Assembly: GCA_017412085.1 (NCBI GenBank)
Contig: JAFPYS010000019.1
Location: 17,869-81,868, forward strand
From: Alphaproteobacteria bacterium
Lineage (GTDB): Bacteria; Pseudomonadota; Alphaproteobacteria; CAAHEQ01; UBA3637
Reading direction: 5' to 3'
Length of the DNA stretch: 64,000 nt
Shown: piece by piece, positions 8,902-18,496 of the stretch
Layout: each line of letters opens with the position of its first letter
Numbering within the stretch: position 1 is the stretch's first letter
Position numbers and translations under genes: made by a program
Notes under the pieces: model-generated
Told to the model about the DNA's origin: nothing
Database searches by the model: none
The model's input: only the letters and a program-made list of their open reading frames with translations

Positions 8902-10890
8902 CTAAATATCCAAATTTTCAACAAATTTGGCGTGTTCTTGGATGAATTGGAAACGATATTCTGGCTTGTTTCCCATTAATTTAGAGACAATATCTTTTGT
9001 ATAAGCCGACTCTTCTTGTTCTTCTTCACTGGTGGGAGATTTACTGGGCACCAAAACTTTTAATAAGGTGCGCTTTGCTGGATCCATAGTTGTTTCCTTT
9101 AATTGATAAGGCGGCATTTCGCCCAATCCTTTAAATCGAGATACTTCCACATTTTTACCCTTGAATGTAGTTGCCAACAGCTTATCTTTTTCGGCATCAT
9201 CTTGCGCATAAACAGATTTTCCACCTTGTGTAATACGATACAAAGGGGGCAGGGCCAAGAATAAATGGCCATTTTCAATCAGTTTTGGCATCTCTTGATA
9301 GAAGAAACTCATTAACAGGCTGGCAATATGGGCGCCGTCCACATCCGCATCCGTCATAACAATCACCTTTTCATAGCGCAGCTTGCTTTCATCATATTTA
9401 TCACGATGACCGCATCCCAGGGCCTCAATCATATCATTGATTTCTTCATTAGCATGAATTTTGTCCTGACTGGCTGAAATCACATTCAAAATCTTGCCGC
9501 GCAGAGGCAAAATAGCTTGATGTGTACGATTGCGTGCTTGTTTGGCGGATCCGCCGGCGGAATCACCTTCAACCAGGAATAATTCTGTACCTTCGACAGA
9601 TTTGTGTGAACAGTCGGCCAATTTGCCGGGCAAACGCAGTTTTTTGGTGGCGCTGGCACGCTGTGTTTCTACAGCCTTTTTGTGGCGTTTGCGTTCTTCG
9701 GAGCGCTCAATAATCCACTCCAATAAAGCTGTTGCCGACTTTGTATCGCGGCTGAGCCAATGATCAAACGGATCTTTCATCGCGTTCTCAACCAACTTGG
9801 TGGCACTTGTTGTCACAAGGCGTTCTTTTGTTTGGCCCTGGAATTGAGGGTCACGAATAAAGACAGACAACATGACGGCGGCTGTGTTCAAAATATCGTC
9901 GCTTGTTACATCTCCGGCGCGTTTGTTCCCAATCATATCCGCAAAGGCCTTGATCCCTTTTGTTAGGCAAATTTTCATCCCAGTTGTATGTGTCCCACCC
10001 AAAGGCGTTGGCACGGTATTACAATAAGATTGTTCGAATGCATCACCAAAATCATCTGGCCAACAAATTGCCCATTCCACAGCACCTTGATTGTCCGGAA
10101 AATCAACGCGTCCAGTGAAAGGTTTCGTAACTTGAGAACGATCTTTCATCAAAAAGTCCAAATAATCAGCTATACCATTGGGGAATTTTAAAACTTGTTC
10201 AACAGGTGTTTTGTCTTCTCCCTGAATCAATTCTGGCGCACAATTCCAACGCACCTCCACACCGCGGAACAGGAAGGCCTTTTGGCGTGCCATACGGAAC
10301 AGGGTGGCCGGCTTAAATTTAATGCTTTCGCCAAAGATTTCTGTGTCGGGCAAAAAGCGCACACTTGTGCCGCGCCGATTGGAAACGCTGCCCAAACATT
10401 GGACAGGGGTTAGGGGCTTTCCTTTTGCATATTCTTGGCGATAAAGTTGTTTGTCTTTGGCAACTTCAATAATCATGTGGCTGGACAAAGCGTTTACAGC
10501 GGACAAACCAACACCATGCAAACCACCGGAAACGTTATAGGCTCCACCACCAAATTTACCGCCGGAATGGAGTGTCGTTGTAATGACTTCTAGGGCGGAT
10601 TTGTCGGGGAACTTTGGATGAGGGTCAACGGGGATACCACGTCCATTATCACGGACCGTGACATAATTATCAGCATCCAACGATACTTCAATGTTTGTTG
10701 CATAGCCAGCGACAGCTTCATCCATAGCGTTGTCGATGATTTCGGCAACCAAATGATGATAGGCGCGTTCGTCAATGCCGCCAATATACATGCCTGGACG
10801 TTTGCGGACGGGTTCCAAACCTTCCAAGACTTCAATATCTTTAGCAGAATAGCTGTTTTTTGTTTCTGTGGCTTCAAATAAATCGCTCAT
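8902..10890 (-). CDS. parE: DNA topoisomerase IV subunit B
   Basis: YSAKDIEVLEGLEPVRKRPGMYIGG, GRGIPVDPHPKFPDKSALEVI, EGDSAGGSAKQARNR, MTDADVDGAHI, short C-terminus. Start assigned to MSDLFEATE. Confidence 0.93.
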   Translation of the reverse strand: MSDLFEATETKNSYSAKDIEVLEGLEPVRKRPGMYIGGIDERAYHHLVAEIIDNAMDEAVAGYATNIEVSLDADNYVTVRDNGRGIPVDPHPKFPDKSALEVITTTLHSGGKFGGGAYNVSGGLHGVGLSAVNALSSHMIIEVAKDKQLYRQEYAKGKPLTPVQCLGSVSNRRGTSVRFLPDTEIFGESIKFKPATLFRMARQKAFLFRGVEVRWNCAPELIQGEDKTPVEQVLKFPNGIADYLDFLMKDRSQVTKPFTGRVDFPDNQGAVEWAICWPDDFGDAFEQSYCNTVPTPLGGTHTTGMKICLTKGIKAFADMIGNKRAGDVTSDDILNTAAVMLSVFIRDPQFQGQTKERLVTTSATKLVENAMKDPFDHWLSRDTKSATALLEWIIERSEERKRHKKAVETQRASATKKLRLPGKLADCSHKSVEGTELFLVEGDSAGGSAKQARNRTHQAILPLRGKILNVISASQDKIHANEEINDMIEALGCGHRDKYDESKLRYEKVIVMTDADVDGAHIASLLMSFFYQEMPKLIENGHLFLALPPLYRITQGGKSVYAQDDAEKDKLLATTFKGKNVEVSRFKGLGEMPPYQLKETTMDPAKRTLLKVLVPSKSPTSEEEQEESAYTKDIVSKLMGNKPEYRFQFIQEHAKFVENLDI

Positions 10891-10891
10891 G

Positions 10892-11344
10892 TTACCTCCG
10901 CTGAGTACTGTCATGTCCACCGGCATTATAACGACCGAAGTTATCAGCTAATTGTTGTAAGACAGATAATTCCTTGCCGCCTACCTTTGTGATATCGGAT
11001 TCATAGGCAACATTCTTTGCATCATCCAGGGTCAAGTGCTGGATGTCTGAAACTTTCCCCTTTTGGAATGTATAGACATAAACATCACGTTCAACAACTT
11101 TGGGATCAAAGAAAATACAGCTTTCTTTTTTTGCCTCAGCATAAAATAAGACGTCTCCAACACCTTCCGCCGCGTTACTTTCATAATTTGGCGTACCTAA
11201 TACACGCAATACTTTTTCTTTTGAATCGCCAACCTTAACGGACTCTAAGCGCGCAGAGGCGGGCAAATCGCTGGATTTATATTTTTCCAAACCGCAGGCG
11301 GTTAAACATAAAATACTTGAAAGTAAAAATACAATCTTGAACAT
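10892..11344 (-). CDS. bamE: BamE/SmpA-like outer membrane assembly lipoprotein
   Basis: Lipobox LSSILCLTAC, then VKVGDSKEKVLRVLGTPNYES (BamE fold signature). Start moved to MFKIVFL. Confidence 0.7.
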   Translation of the reverse strand: MFKIVFLLSSILCLTACGLEKYKSSDLPASARLESVKVGDSKEKVLRVLGTPNYESNAAEGVGDVLFYAEAKKESCIFFDPKVVERDVYVYTFQKGKVSDIQHLTLDDAKNVAYESDITKVGGKELSVLQQLADNFGRYNAGGHDSTQRR

Positions 11345-11400
11345 TTTCATCCTTTTTGTTATTATAATAATCATAATATAGAAAAGAAAGGCGTTCGTCA

Positions 11401-11910
11401 ATGGAAAAAAGCAAAAAGAATGAAAAAGGTTTAAATAGAATTCTGTTTTTAGGTGAAATTGGACCTAATGGATGGAAAGAAGACTTTGTTGCCACGCCGG
11501 CGCAATGTGCGAAAATCGCAGAGCGTTTTGAAATTCCTGCCGTAAAAAGTTTACAAGCACATGTGGCAGCCGCGATTGACGGGGACTTAATTCGGGTGTT
11601 TGGACATATTAAAGCAGATTTGGAACGTACTTGTGTGGTGTCTTTGGATTTGTGCAAAGAGGTTTTAGACACTGATTTTGAAGCGCTATTTGCGGAAAAT
11701 ATAGAAGTTATTAAAGATGGAGAGATGACGGATGATGTTGAGCCTGTTGATCGAGGGCGGTTGGATATTTTTGAAATTATAGCTGAGCAAGTTGGCCTGA
11801 ATATGAATCCGTTTCCACATAAAGTAGATATATCTGGTGATTATATCGAAGAGAAGGGGACTAAAAATCGTCCTTTTGCGAATTTAAAAAATCTGATAAA
11901 AAAGGATTGA
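11401..11910 (+). CDS. yceD: YceD/DUF177 family protein
   Basis: IRVFGHIKADLERTCVVSLDL...FEALF...VEPVDRGRLDIFEIIAEQVGLNMNPFPHK, a DUF177-like pattern. Confidence 0.75.
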   Translation: MEKSKKNEKGLNRILFLGEIGPNGWKEDFVATPAQCAKIAERFEIPAVKSLQAHVAAAIDGDLIRVFGHIKADLERTCVVSLDLCKEVLDTDFEALFAENIEVIKDGEMTDDVEPVDRGRLDIFEIIAEQVGLNMNPFPHKVDISGDYIEEKGTKNRPFANLKNLIKKD

Positions 11911-11935
11911 CAAGTTATTTTCATTTTGATATAAT
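11907..11935 (+). promoter_or_regulatory. Perfect consensus sigma70 promoter for rpmH (TTGACA-N17-TATAAT)
   Basis: TTGACA 11907-11912, TATAAT 11930-11935, spacer 17 nt; overlaps the yceD stop codon. Confidence 0.85.
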
Positions 11936-11968
11936 GAATCTACTAGTTTTTTTAATAAAGGAGTTTAC

Positions 11969-12109
11969 ATGTCAACAAAACAAACATATCAACCCAGTAA
12001 ATTGGTGCGTACGCGTCGTCATGGTTTCCGTGCTCGTATGGAAACAAAGGGCGGACAGAAGGTTTTGAATGCCCGTCGTGCCAAAGGTCGCAAAAAAATT
12101 GCTGTCTAA
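11969..12109 (+). CDS. rpmH: 50S ribosomal protein L34
   Basis: Translated by hand: [56 protein letters not shown]. Absent from the ORF track because of its length. Confidence 0.97.
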   Translation: MSTKQTYQPSKLVRTRRHGFRARMETKGGQKVLNARRAKGRKKIAV

Positions 12110-12130
12110 GGGTTAGGGATTTGAGATAGA

Positions 12131-12165
12131 AAGCACCCACTTCAATCAGGACGGGTGCTTTTTTT
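12131..12165 (+). terminator. Rho-independent terminator/attenuator between rpmH and rnpA
   Basis: AAGCACCC...GGGTGCTT stem followed by TTTTTT. Confidence 0.8.
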
Positions 12166-12179
12166 GTGAAAGGTATATA

Positions 12180-12542
12180 ATGACATTGGGACGTATGAAG
12201 CGACACTTTGATTTTTTGGAGATGCGTGAAGCGCCCACAAAGGCGTTTACAAAATCCTTTGTGTTGCAAGTGCGTCCAAACGACAAAGGGGTAACCCGCG
12301 TTGGCTTTACCGTGTCTAAGCGGATTTCTAAATTAGCGGTGGTACGTAACCGGCTGCGTCGTCAAATGCGTGAGGTTGTGCGTTTGTCCCCGGATATACA
12401 GACAAAGTATCCATCACATGATCTTGTCCTGATTGCTAAAGGTGAAGCCTTGAATCGTGATTATACTCAATTAACAAAAGATTTTGCGTATTTATTGGAT
12501 CATGTTCATGAGGTCGCAGATGATAAAAAAGATAATGGCTAG
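12180..12542 (+). CDS. rnpA: Ribonuclease P protein component
   Basis: VGFTVSKRISKLAVVRNRLRRQMREVVR, the classic RNase P protein RNR motif region. Confidence 0.93.
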   Translation: MTLGRMKRHFDFLEMREAPTKAFTKSFVLQVRPNDKGVTRVGFTVSKRISKLAVVRNRLRRQMREVVRLSPDIQTKYPSHDLVLIAKGEALNRDYTQLTKDFAYLLDHVHEVADDKKDNG

Positions 12543-12732
12543 TCTAATCCGATTTTATCAGTTAACTTTTTCCAGTTTGGTCGGGCATTGTTGCCGTTTT
12601 CAGCCGACATGCTCTGAATATGCAAAAGAGGCATATCAAAAGTATGGTATTATAAAGGGAACATATCTGACGGTATGGCGATTGTTGCGCTGCCATCCGT
12701 GGGCAAAAGGTGGCTATGATCCGGTTCCCTGA
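12520..12732 (+). CDS. yidD: Membrane protein insertion efficiency factor YidD
   Basis: LIRFYQLTFSSLVGHCCRFQPTCSEYAKEAYQKYGIIKGTYLTVWRLLRCHPWAKGGYDPVP; overlaps the rnpA 3' end. Confidence 0.95.
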   Translation: MIKKIMASLIRFYQLTFSSLVGHCCRFQPTCSEYAKEAYQKYGIIKGTYLTVWRLLRCHPWAKGGYDPVP

Positions 12733-12882
12733 TTTTATATGATTTTAAAACCTATTTCAGACACAGTGTTTTTACCTTGTGTATTTGTATGTGAACGTTT
12801 TATCTAAAAAAGTGAAAAAATCAAGTGCTTTTTTCCTTAAAATCGGGTATGATAAAAGACGAATCGAAGGGGTAAAATAAAA

Positions 12883-14082
12883 ATGCATTTAAAATCAGTG
12901 GGTTGTTTGTTGCTGTTGATTGTTGGTGTTGTGGCAAAGGATGCCTGCGCTATGGATGATTTTACCCTTTGGAAGCAAAATTTTAGACAAGAAGCCTTAC
13001 ATGCCGGCGTTTCCACCGCAACATTGAATAAGTTTTTACCCCGAATGAAATTGTTGCCCCAAGTGGTTCAAGCGGATAAAAAGCAGCCTGAATTTGTTTC
13101 AACATTTTGGGAATATACAGATGCACGTTTAACACAAGGACGAATTGATCAAGGCAAGATGTTGTTAAAACGTTATCCGACATGGTTAAAAAGAATTTCT
13201 GATACCTATAATGTACCGGCGGAATATATCTTGGCGTTTTGGGGATTAGAAACGAATTATGGAAAAATAACAGGAAACACGGATGTTTTAAATGCCTTAA
13301 CGACATTGGCATATAATCCACGTCGCCGGAAATTCTTTACCCGCGAATTGATTGCGTTTTTGAAAATTTTGGAACAAGAAAGATGGGATTCTGTCCAAGG
13401 CTCTTGGGCGGGGGCTTTTGGACAATTTCAATTTATGCCAACAACATTTGAGACATACGCTGTTGATGCCGATAAAAATGGATCGCGCAATATCTTAACA
13501 AGCATGCCGGATGCCTTTGCTTCTGCGGCAAACTATCTTCACAAAATGGGTTGGGATCCAGCGGAAAGTTGGGGACAGGAAGTACAATTGCCAGTGCATT
13601 TAAACTGGACGGCTGTCTATAAAAACAAAGAAAAAACGCTTGCTGAGTGGCAAGCTTTGGGAATTTTACCTGTGGCGGGCGCCTGGCGGTCAGACAATCA
13701 GACGAAAGCTTCATTGCTGATGCCTATGGGAAAGTCTGGGCCTGCATTTTTGACCTTTCCGAATTTTAAGCGTGTAATGCGATGGAATAAATCAGAACTT
13801 TATGCTTTATCTGTTTGTTTTTTGGCCGATATCTTAGCGGATGATTGGAATGGTATTGCGCATCCACGGACAGAGCAAAGATTATCAACTGCGCAAGTTT
13901 ATGAAATCCAAGATCGTTTGGCAAGTTTGGGGTATTACCAGAACGTGCCAGATGGTTTGGTCGGTAGCAAAACCCACCGTGCTATTATGGCTTTTCAACA
14001 TGATAAAGGGGTTGATGAAGACGGATATCCAAGCAAAGAATTGCTTGATTTATTAAATACTTATAGAAAGGAGTTAAATTAA
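12883..14082 (+). CDS. Lytic murein transglycosylase (MltB-like) with C-terminal peptidoglycan-binding domain
   Basis: GLETNYGKITGNTDVLNALTTLAYNPRR, GSWAGAFGQFQFMPTTFETYAVD, C-terminal LSTAQVYEIQDRLASLGYYQNVPDGLVGSKTHRAIMAFQ. Confidence 0.9.
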   Translation: MHLKSVGCLLLLIVGVVAKDACAMDDFTLWKQNFRQEALHAGVSTATLNKFLPRMKLLPQVVQADKKQPEFVSTFWEYTDARLTQGRIDQGKMLLKRYPTWLKRISDTYNVPAEYILAFWGLETNYGKITGNTDVLNALTTLAYNPRRRKFFTRELIAFLKILEQERWDSVQGSWAGAFGQFQFMPTTFETYAVDADKNGSRNILTSMPDAFASAANYLHKMGWDPAESWGQEVQLPVHLNWTAVYKNKEKTLAEWQALGILPVAGAWRSDNQTKASLLMPMGKSGPAFLTFPNFKRVMRWNKSELYALSVCFLADILADDWNGIAHPRTEQRLSTAQVYEIQDRLASLGYYQNVPDGLVGSKTHRAIMAFQHDKGVDEDGYPSKELLDLLNTYRKELN

Positions 14083-14999
14083 TGATTAAATATGTTTTAT
14101 TGCTGACAACAGCGTTAACTTTAAGTGCTTGTACCTCAAGTTCTTTGTTTGAATCATGGGAAGAAGAAGAGCCAAATACGGCAGATACGGTGATTCCAAA
14201 TGGAAGTTTTTATAAGGTGGAAAAACCATATGAGATTAATGGTGTTTGGTATTTCCCGGCCGAAAATTATGACTATTCAGAAAAAGGTTTGGCTTCATGG
14301 TACATGCCAGCCAACGGCCGTGCGGCGAAGACTGCAAATGGTGAGGAATATATTGCCACAGAAATGACAGCACGCCATAAAACTTTACCATTGCCAAGTA
14401 TTGTTAAAATTACAAATCTGGAAAATAACAAAAGTATCATTGCGCGTGTTAACGATCGCGGCCCAATGGTCAACAATCGTTTAATTGATGTTTCACAAAA
14501 GGCTGCTCAAGAATTGGGCTTCCCTGTGACAGGAACAACCTCTGTAATGGTGGAAGTGATGCCAAAAGAAAGTCAGGAAATTCGTGATGCATTGTTGGCT
14601 TCCGGTCGTGTCTACACGGAAGATGGCGCAACACAAGAATTGTCTGTTGTGCCTCCAATGCCAGTTCCAGTAGAAGAAGCTCCCGCTGTGGAGGTTGCGC
14701 CAGCACCAGTTTATACGCCAGCTGAACCTGTTTATACAACAAAGACCAAGAAAGTTGTGATTTCTGGTGGAACGGGTAATGTGTATATTCAATTGGGTGC
14801 CTATGGTGATCCCGCAAATGCATCAAAAGTACAACGTGCAGTATCAGCGGTGACACAGGTTGAGACGGGCACAAAGGCAAGCGGTGGAAGAACTTTAACT
14901 GTTGTGAAAGCCGGACCTTACGCTGACAAAGCAGAAGCTGAACAAGTTTTACGCCAGTTAAAGCAAATGGGATACCGTGACGCGTATATCGCAAAATAA
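14082..14999 (+). CDS. rlpA: Septal ring lytic transglycosylase RlpA family lipoprotein with SPOR domain
   Basis: Lipobox TLSACT; GLASWYMPANGRAAKTANGE, LPLPSIVKITNLENNKSIIARVNDRGP; C-terminal SPOR repeat. Confidence 0.92.
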   Translation: MIKYVLLLTTALTLSACTSSSLFESWEEEEPNTADTVIPNGSFYKVEKPYEINGVWYFPAENYDYSEKGLASWYMPANGRAAKTANGEEYIATEMTARHKTLPLPSIVKITNLENNKSIIARVNDRGPMVNNRLIDVSQKAAQELGFPVTGTTSVMVEVMPKESQEIRDALLASGRVYTEDGATQELSVVPPMPVPVEEAPAVEVAPAPVYTPAEPVYTTKTKKVVISGGTGNVYIQLGAYGDPANASKVQRAVSAVTQVETGTKASGGRTLTVVKAGPYADKAEAEQVLRQLKQMGYRDAYIAK

Positions 15000-15008
15000 G
15001 GAGAAAGA

Positions 15009-16139
15009 ATGAAAAAGCTGTTATTAGTTTCGTTGCTGCTTGGATCCACAATTCTTCATGCTGAGGAATTGTCGACAGCGGCATCGCATGCGTTGTTGAT
15101 GGATGCTGACACTGGCACCGTTTTGTTTGAAAAAAATGCCGATGAAAAAATGCACCCTGCCTCAATGAGTAAACTGATGACAGCTTATCTTATTTTTGAA
15201 GCCTTGAAAAAAGGACAATATACCTTAGATTCGGAATTTGTTGTATCGGACAATGCATGGGAGAAAGGAGGCGCCAAGACAGGTGGCTCAACGATGTTCC
15301 TTAATCCGAAGCAATCTGTAAAAATTCGAGATCTGCTGCGCGGGATTATTGTGCAATCAGGGAATGATGCATGTATTGTGGCGGCCGAAGGGATTGCTGG
15401 ATCCGAAGAAGCATTTGCTCAAATGATGAACGCAAAAGCTAAGAAGTTGGGATTACAAAATTCATCGTTCAGAAATGCCACAGGCTTACCAAATCCAGAT
15501 CATCTAATGAGCGCGAAAGATTTGGCCTTATTGGCTCAACATCTTATTAATGATTTTCCAGAATATTATCCCATCTATTCGGAAAAGGAGTTCACTTACA
15601 ATAAGATTAAACAACAAAATCGCAACCCTTTGTTGACGCAAATGCCAGGGGCAGATGGTTTGAAAACAGGGCATACGGAAGAATCAGGTTATGGCTTGAC
15701 GGGTTCCGTGAAGACCGCGGATGGTCGCCGGTTGATTATGGTTATTAATGGTCTTAAAACAATGGCAGATCGTGCAAAGGAATCACAAAAAGTGATGAGT
15801 TGGGGAATCGCAAATTTTGAAAATGCGGCCGTTTTATCACCGGATAAGCCCTTGGTTGATGTTCCTGTTTGGTTGGGAAAAGAACTGACAGTTTCTGGGG
15901 TGCCGGCTTCAAAGCTTGTCAAAACCATTCACCGATGGGATACTCCAGAAATTAAATCTGTTGTACGTTTTAATGCCCCTGTAAAAGCGCCGATCCAGCA
16001 AGGACAAAAGCTTGGGGTTATTACAACAACAATGCCAGATGGAGAGGAGATTACAACGGATTTGATTGCACAGAAATCTGTGGAAAAGTTGGGGTATTTC
16101 GCAAAAATAAAAGCGCTAATTTTGGGAAGGAAGGAATAA
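15009..16139 (+). CDS. dacC: D-alanyl-D-alanine carboxypeptidase (serine-type, PBP5/6 family)
   Basis: SMSKLMTAYL (SxxK), SGNDA (SxN), GLKTGHTEESG (KTG). Confidence 0.93.
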   Translation: MKKLLLVSLLLGSTILHAEELSTAASHALLMDADTGTVLFEKNADEKMHPASMSKLMTAYLIFEALKKGQYTLDSEFVVSDNAWEKGGAKTGGSTMFLNPKQSVKIRDLLRGIIVQSGNDACIVAAEGIAGSEEAFAQMMNAKAKKLGLQNSSFRNATGLPNPDHLMSAKDLALLAQHLINDFPEYYPIYSEKEFTYNKIKQQNRNPLLTQMPGADGLKTGHTEESGYGLTGSVKTADGRRLIMVINGLKTMADRAKESQKVMSWGIANFENAAVLSPDKPLVDVPVWLGKELTVSGVPASKLVKTIHRWDTPEIKSVVRFNAPVKAPIQQGQKLGVITTTMPDGEEITTDLIAQKSVEKLGYFAKIKALILGRKE

Positions 16140-16140
16140 A

Positions 16141-16788
16141 ATGGCTGGACGCTTTATTACATTTGAAGGGGGAGAAGGGTCTGGGAAGTCAACCCAAATT
16201 AAATTGTTAGCGGAAGAGCTGATAAAAGCAGGTAGGGATGTCCTTACGACCCGGGAGCCCGGTGGAACGGCAGAGGGTGTGAAAATCAGGGAAATTCTTG
16301 TTACAGGGAATGCCGATTTTACACGCACAACGGAGACATTATTATTTTTTGCGGATAGATGTGAACACGTTATGAAAAAGATTATGCCGGCGGTTAAAGC
16401 GGGACAGATTGTGTTGTGTGATCGTTTTGCGGACAGCACGATGGCCTATCAAGGCTATGGATATGGAGATAATCCCGATCAGCAGCAATTAATTAAAAGC
16501 CTGTATAAGGAAGTGGTGGGCGATTTTAAGCCGGACTTGACTATTTTATTGGATGTTCCGGTAGAAACCGGATTAAGCCGGAGCCGTCGAGCAGATAATA
16601 TAGAGGTGCGTTTTGAAAACAAAGAATTGGCATTTCATGAGCGTTTGCGCCAGGCCTATTTGAAAATGGCGAACGATGAGCCAGAGCGTTTTGCAATTGT
16701 GGACGCAACCCAGCCAATTCCAGAAATTCATGATCAGATTATGAAGATTATTGAGCAACGGGGCTTGTTAAAAGCGGAGAAGGTCTAA
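16141..16788 (+). CDS. tmk: Thymidylate kinase
   Basis: FITFEGGEGSGKSTQIKLLAEEL, TTREPGGTAEGVKIREIL, CDRFADSTMAYQGYG. Confidence 0.97.
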   Translation: MAGRFITFEGGEGSGKSTQIKLLAEELIKAGRDVLTTREPGGTAEGVKIREILVTGNADFTRTTETLLFFADRCEHVMKKIMPAVKAGQIVLCDRFADSTMAYQGYGYGDNPDQQQLIKSLYKEVVGDFKPDLTILLDVPVETGLSRSRRADNIEVRFENKELAFHERLRQAYLKMANDEPERFAIVDATQPIPEIHDQIMKIIEQRGLLKAEKV

Positions 16789-16790
16789 TT

Positions 16791-17723
16791 ATGTACGAAA
16801 AAGAGCGTGCTCAGATAGTTGATTCTTTAAGAGACGGTGCTGCAAAATCTTGGATTATTGTTGGCCCGCATGGTGTGGGCAAGGAAGATTTTGCCAAAAA
16901 TGTGGTGAAGGTCTTGACGCACGACTTTAACGAATATAACCCCTGTGTTCAATGGATTAGCTGTGGTTTGACGGATGCGGCCAAAAAAGAGATTCAAAAA
17001 GCTATTTTGGCGGGTGAAAAAATAGAAGACAAAGAGTGGGCAACGAAAACGGAAATCACTGTTGATGATGTACGGGAAGGATGCCATTTTTTGTCACTAA
17101 AATCCAATAAAATCAAAATTCTAGTTTTTAATTTAGCGGATGATATGAATGAAAATGCCCAAAACGCTTTGTTAAAAACATTGGAAGAGCCGTATCCAAA
17201 CACCTTAATATTGTTGCTATGCGAAAATATTGGCAAGTTGGTTCGAACGATTTTATCGCGTTGCCAAAAAATTACTTTAAAGGCTCCCAGTAAAGAAGAG
17301 TTTAAGAAAGAATTGTTGAAGACTCATCCAGAGTTATCGGAGACAGAATTGGATCTTTTATCTTTTCTTGCTGATAATGTGCCGGGAATGGGCAAAGAGA
17401 TTGTTGAACAAGATGGCCTGGCGATTTTTGATCGTGTGCAGCATTTATTTGTTAGGCGAGATCAGTTGGATGCTCAAGATTTATTATTGTTTTCTGAACA
17501 GGTTTCCAAAAATGAAAATGTATTTGATTTAACCCAAAAAATTATTTTGAAATGCCTAACTGCTTTGGCTGAAAAATATGTTGCAATAGATATGGAAAAA
17601 GCATATAAATTAAGTAATCTGTACGAAGAAATGAAGCTTTATTTTACCCAAATAGATTCAATGAATCTTGATAAAAAACAGGCTCTTGTTTCGATTGTTT
17701 ATCAAATATCGGAGGCGCTATGA
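16791..17723 (+). CDS. holB: DNA polymerase III subunit delta'
   Basis: P-loop GPHGVGKEDFAKNVV, NLADDMNENAQNALLKTLEEPYPNTLILLLCENIGKLVRTILSRCQ; follows tmk. Confidence 0.88.
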   Translation: MYEKERAQIVDSLRDGAAKSWIIVGPHGVGKEDFAKNVVKVLTHDFNEYNPCVQWISCGLTDAAKKEIQKAILAGEKIEDKEWATKTEITVDDVREGCHFLSLKSNKIKILVFNLADDMNENAQNALLKTLEEPYPNTLILLLCENIGKLVRTILSRCQKITLKAPSKEEFKKELLKTHPELSETELDLLSFLADNVPGMGKEIVEQDGLAIFDRVQHLFVRRDQLDAQDLLLFSEQVSKNENVFDLTQKIILKCLTALAEKYVAIDMEKAYKLSNLYEEMKLYFTQIDSMNLDKKQALVSIVYQISEAL

Positions 17724-18496
17724 CGATAGATAGTCATTGCCATTTAGATCAAGCAGATTATGAAGAACCGGTTGATTTCGTTATTCAACGGGCAGAGGCA
17801 GCTGGTGTTGACCATATAATGGCGGTCGCTTGTAATCCTGATGATTTTGAAGAATTATCGAAACAATTGAAACAACATGCTTGTTTATATGGCGCCTTTG
17901 GGATTCATCCGGAATATGCCCATAAACAACACGATCTGGATAATTTGAAAAAGTGCTTGATAGAAAATCGGGCTGTTGCTTTGGGAGAATGTGGATTGGA
18001 TTACCATGAAGCAGAGGCTACACATGAACAACAACAAGATCTTTTTCAAAAGCAAATTGATTTAGCCCATCAAATGCATTTGCCTTTGATGATACATGCG
18101 CGCGATGCGGAAGGCGATATGCGAGCAATCTTGAAACAAGCCTACAAGGCGGGCAAATTAACGGATGGGTTTGTTTTGCATTGTTTTTCTGGCAGTGCTG
18201 ATATGGCGCGTGAAGCGGTTGAAATGGGGGGATTTTTGTCTGCTTCTGGTGTGATTACATTTAAAAATGCTGAACGGGTGAGAGAGATTTTTGCCCAAAT
18301 TCCGCTTGCAAATTTATTGGTTGAAACAGATGCGCCTTATCTGGCTCCACATCCTTTGCGGGGGAAGCCAAATGAACCAGCTTATGTGCAGTACACTTTG
18401 GCCAAGTTGGCGGAAATTAAGGGCGTTTCTGTGAAAGAAATGGAAAAAATAACAACAGAAAATTTTGGTAGATTATACCTGAAAGGACAACAATGA
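17720..18496 (+). CDS. tatD: TatD family hydrolase/DNase
   Basis: DSHCHLDQADY, GIHPEYAH, GLDYHE, MIHARDAEGDMRAILKQ, LVETDAPYLAP. Confidence 0.95.
   Translation: MTIDSHCHLDQADYEEPVDFVIQRAEAAGVDHIMAVACNPDDFEELSKQLKQHACLYGAFGIHPEYAHKQHDLDNLKKCLIENRAVALGECGLDYHEAEATHEQQQDLFQKQIDLAHQMHLPLMIHARDAEGDMRAILKQAYKAGKLTDGFVLHCFSGSADMAREAVEMGGFLSASGVITFKNAERVREIFAQIPLANLLVETDAPYLAPHPLRGKPNEPAYVQYTLAKLAEIKGVSVKEMEKITTENFGRLYLKGQQ

Noticed and set aside
11969-12732. rpmH-rnpA-yidD as evidence for oriC
   Set aside because: This cluster often lies near the origin, but dnaA, dnaN, yidC and DnaA-box clusters are not visible next to it, and it is often displaced in Alphaproteobacteria.
14470-15165. 231-aa minus-strand ORF rich in His, Leu and Gln
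   Set aside because: Antisense shadow of rlpA and dacC; composition is typical of an out-of-frame read and there is no RBS.
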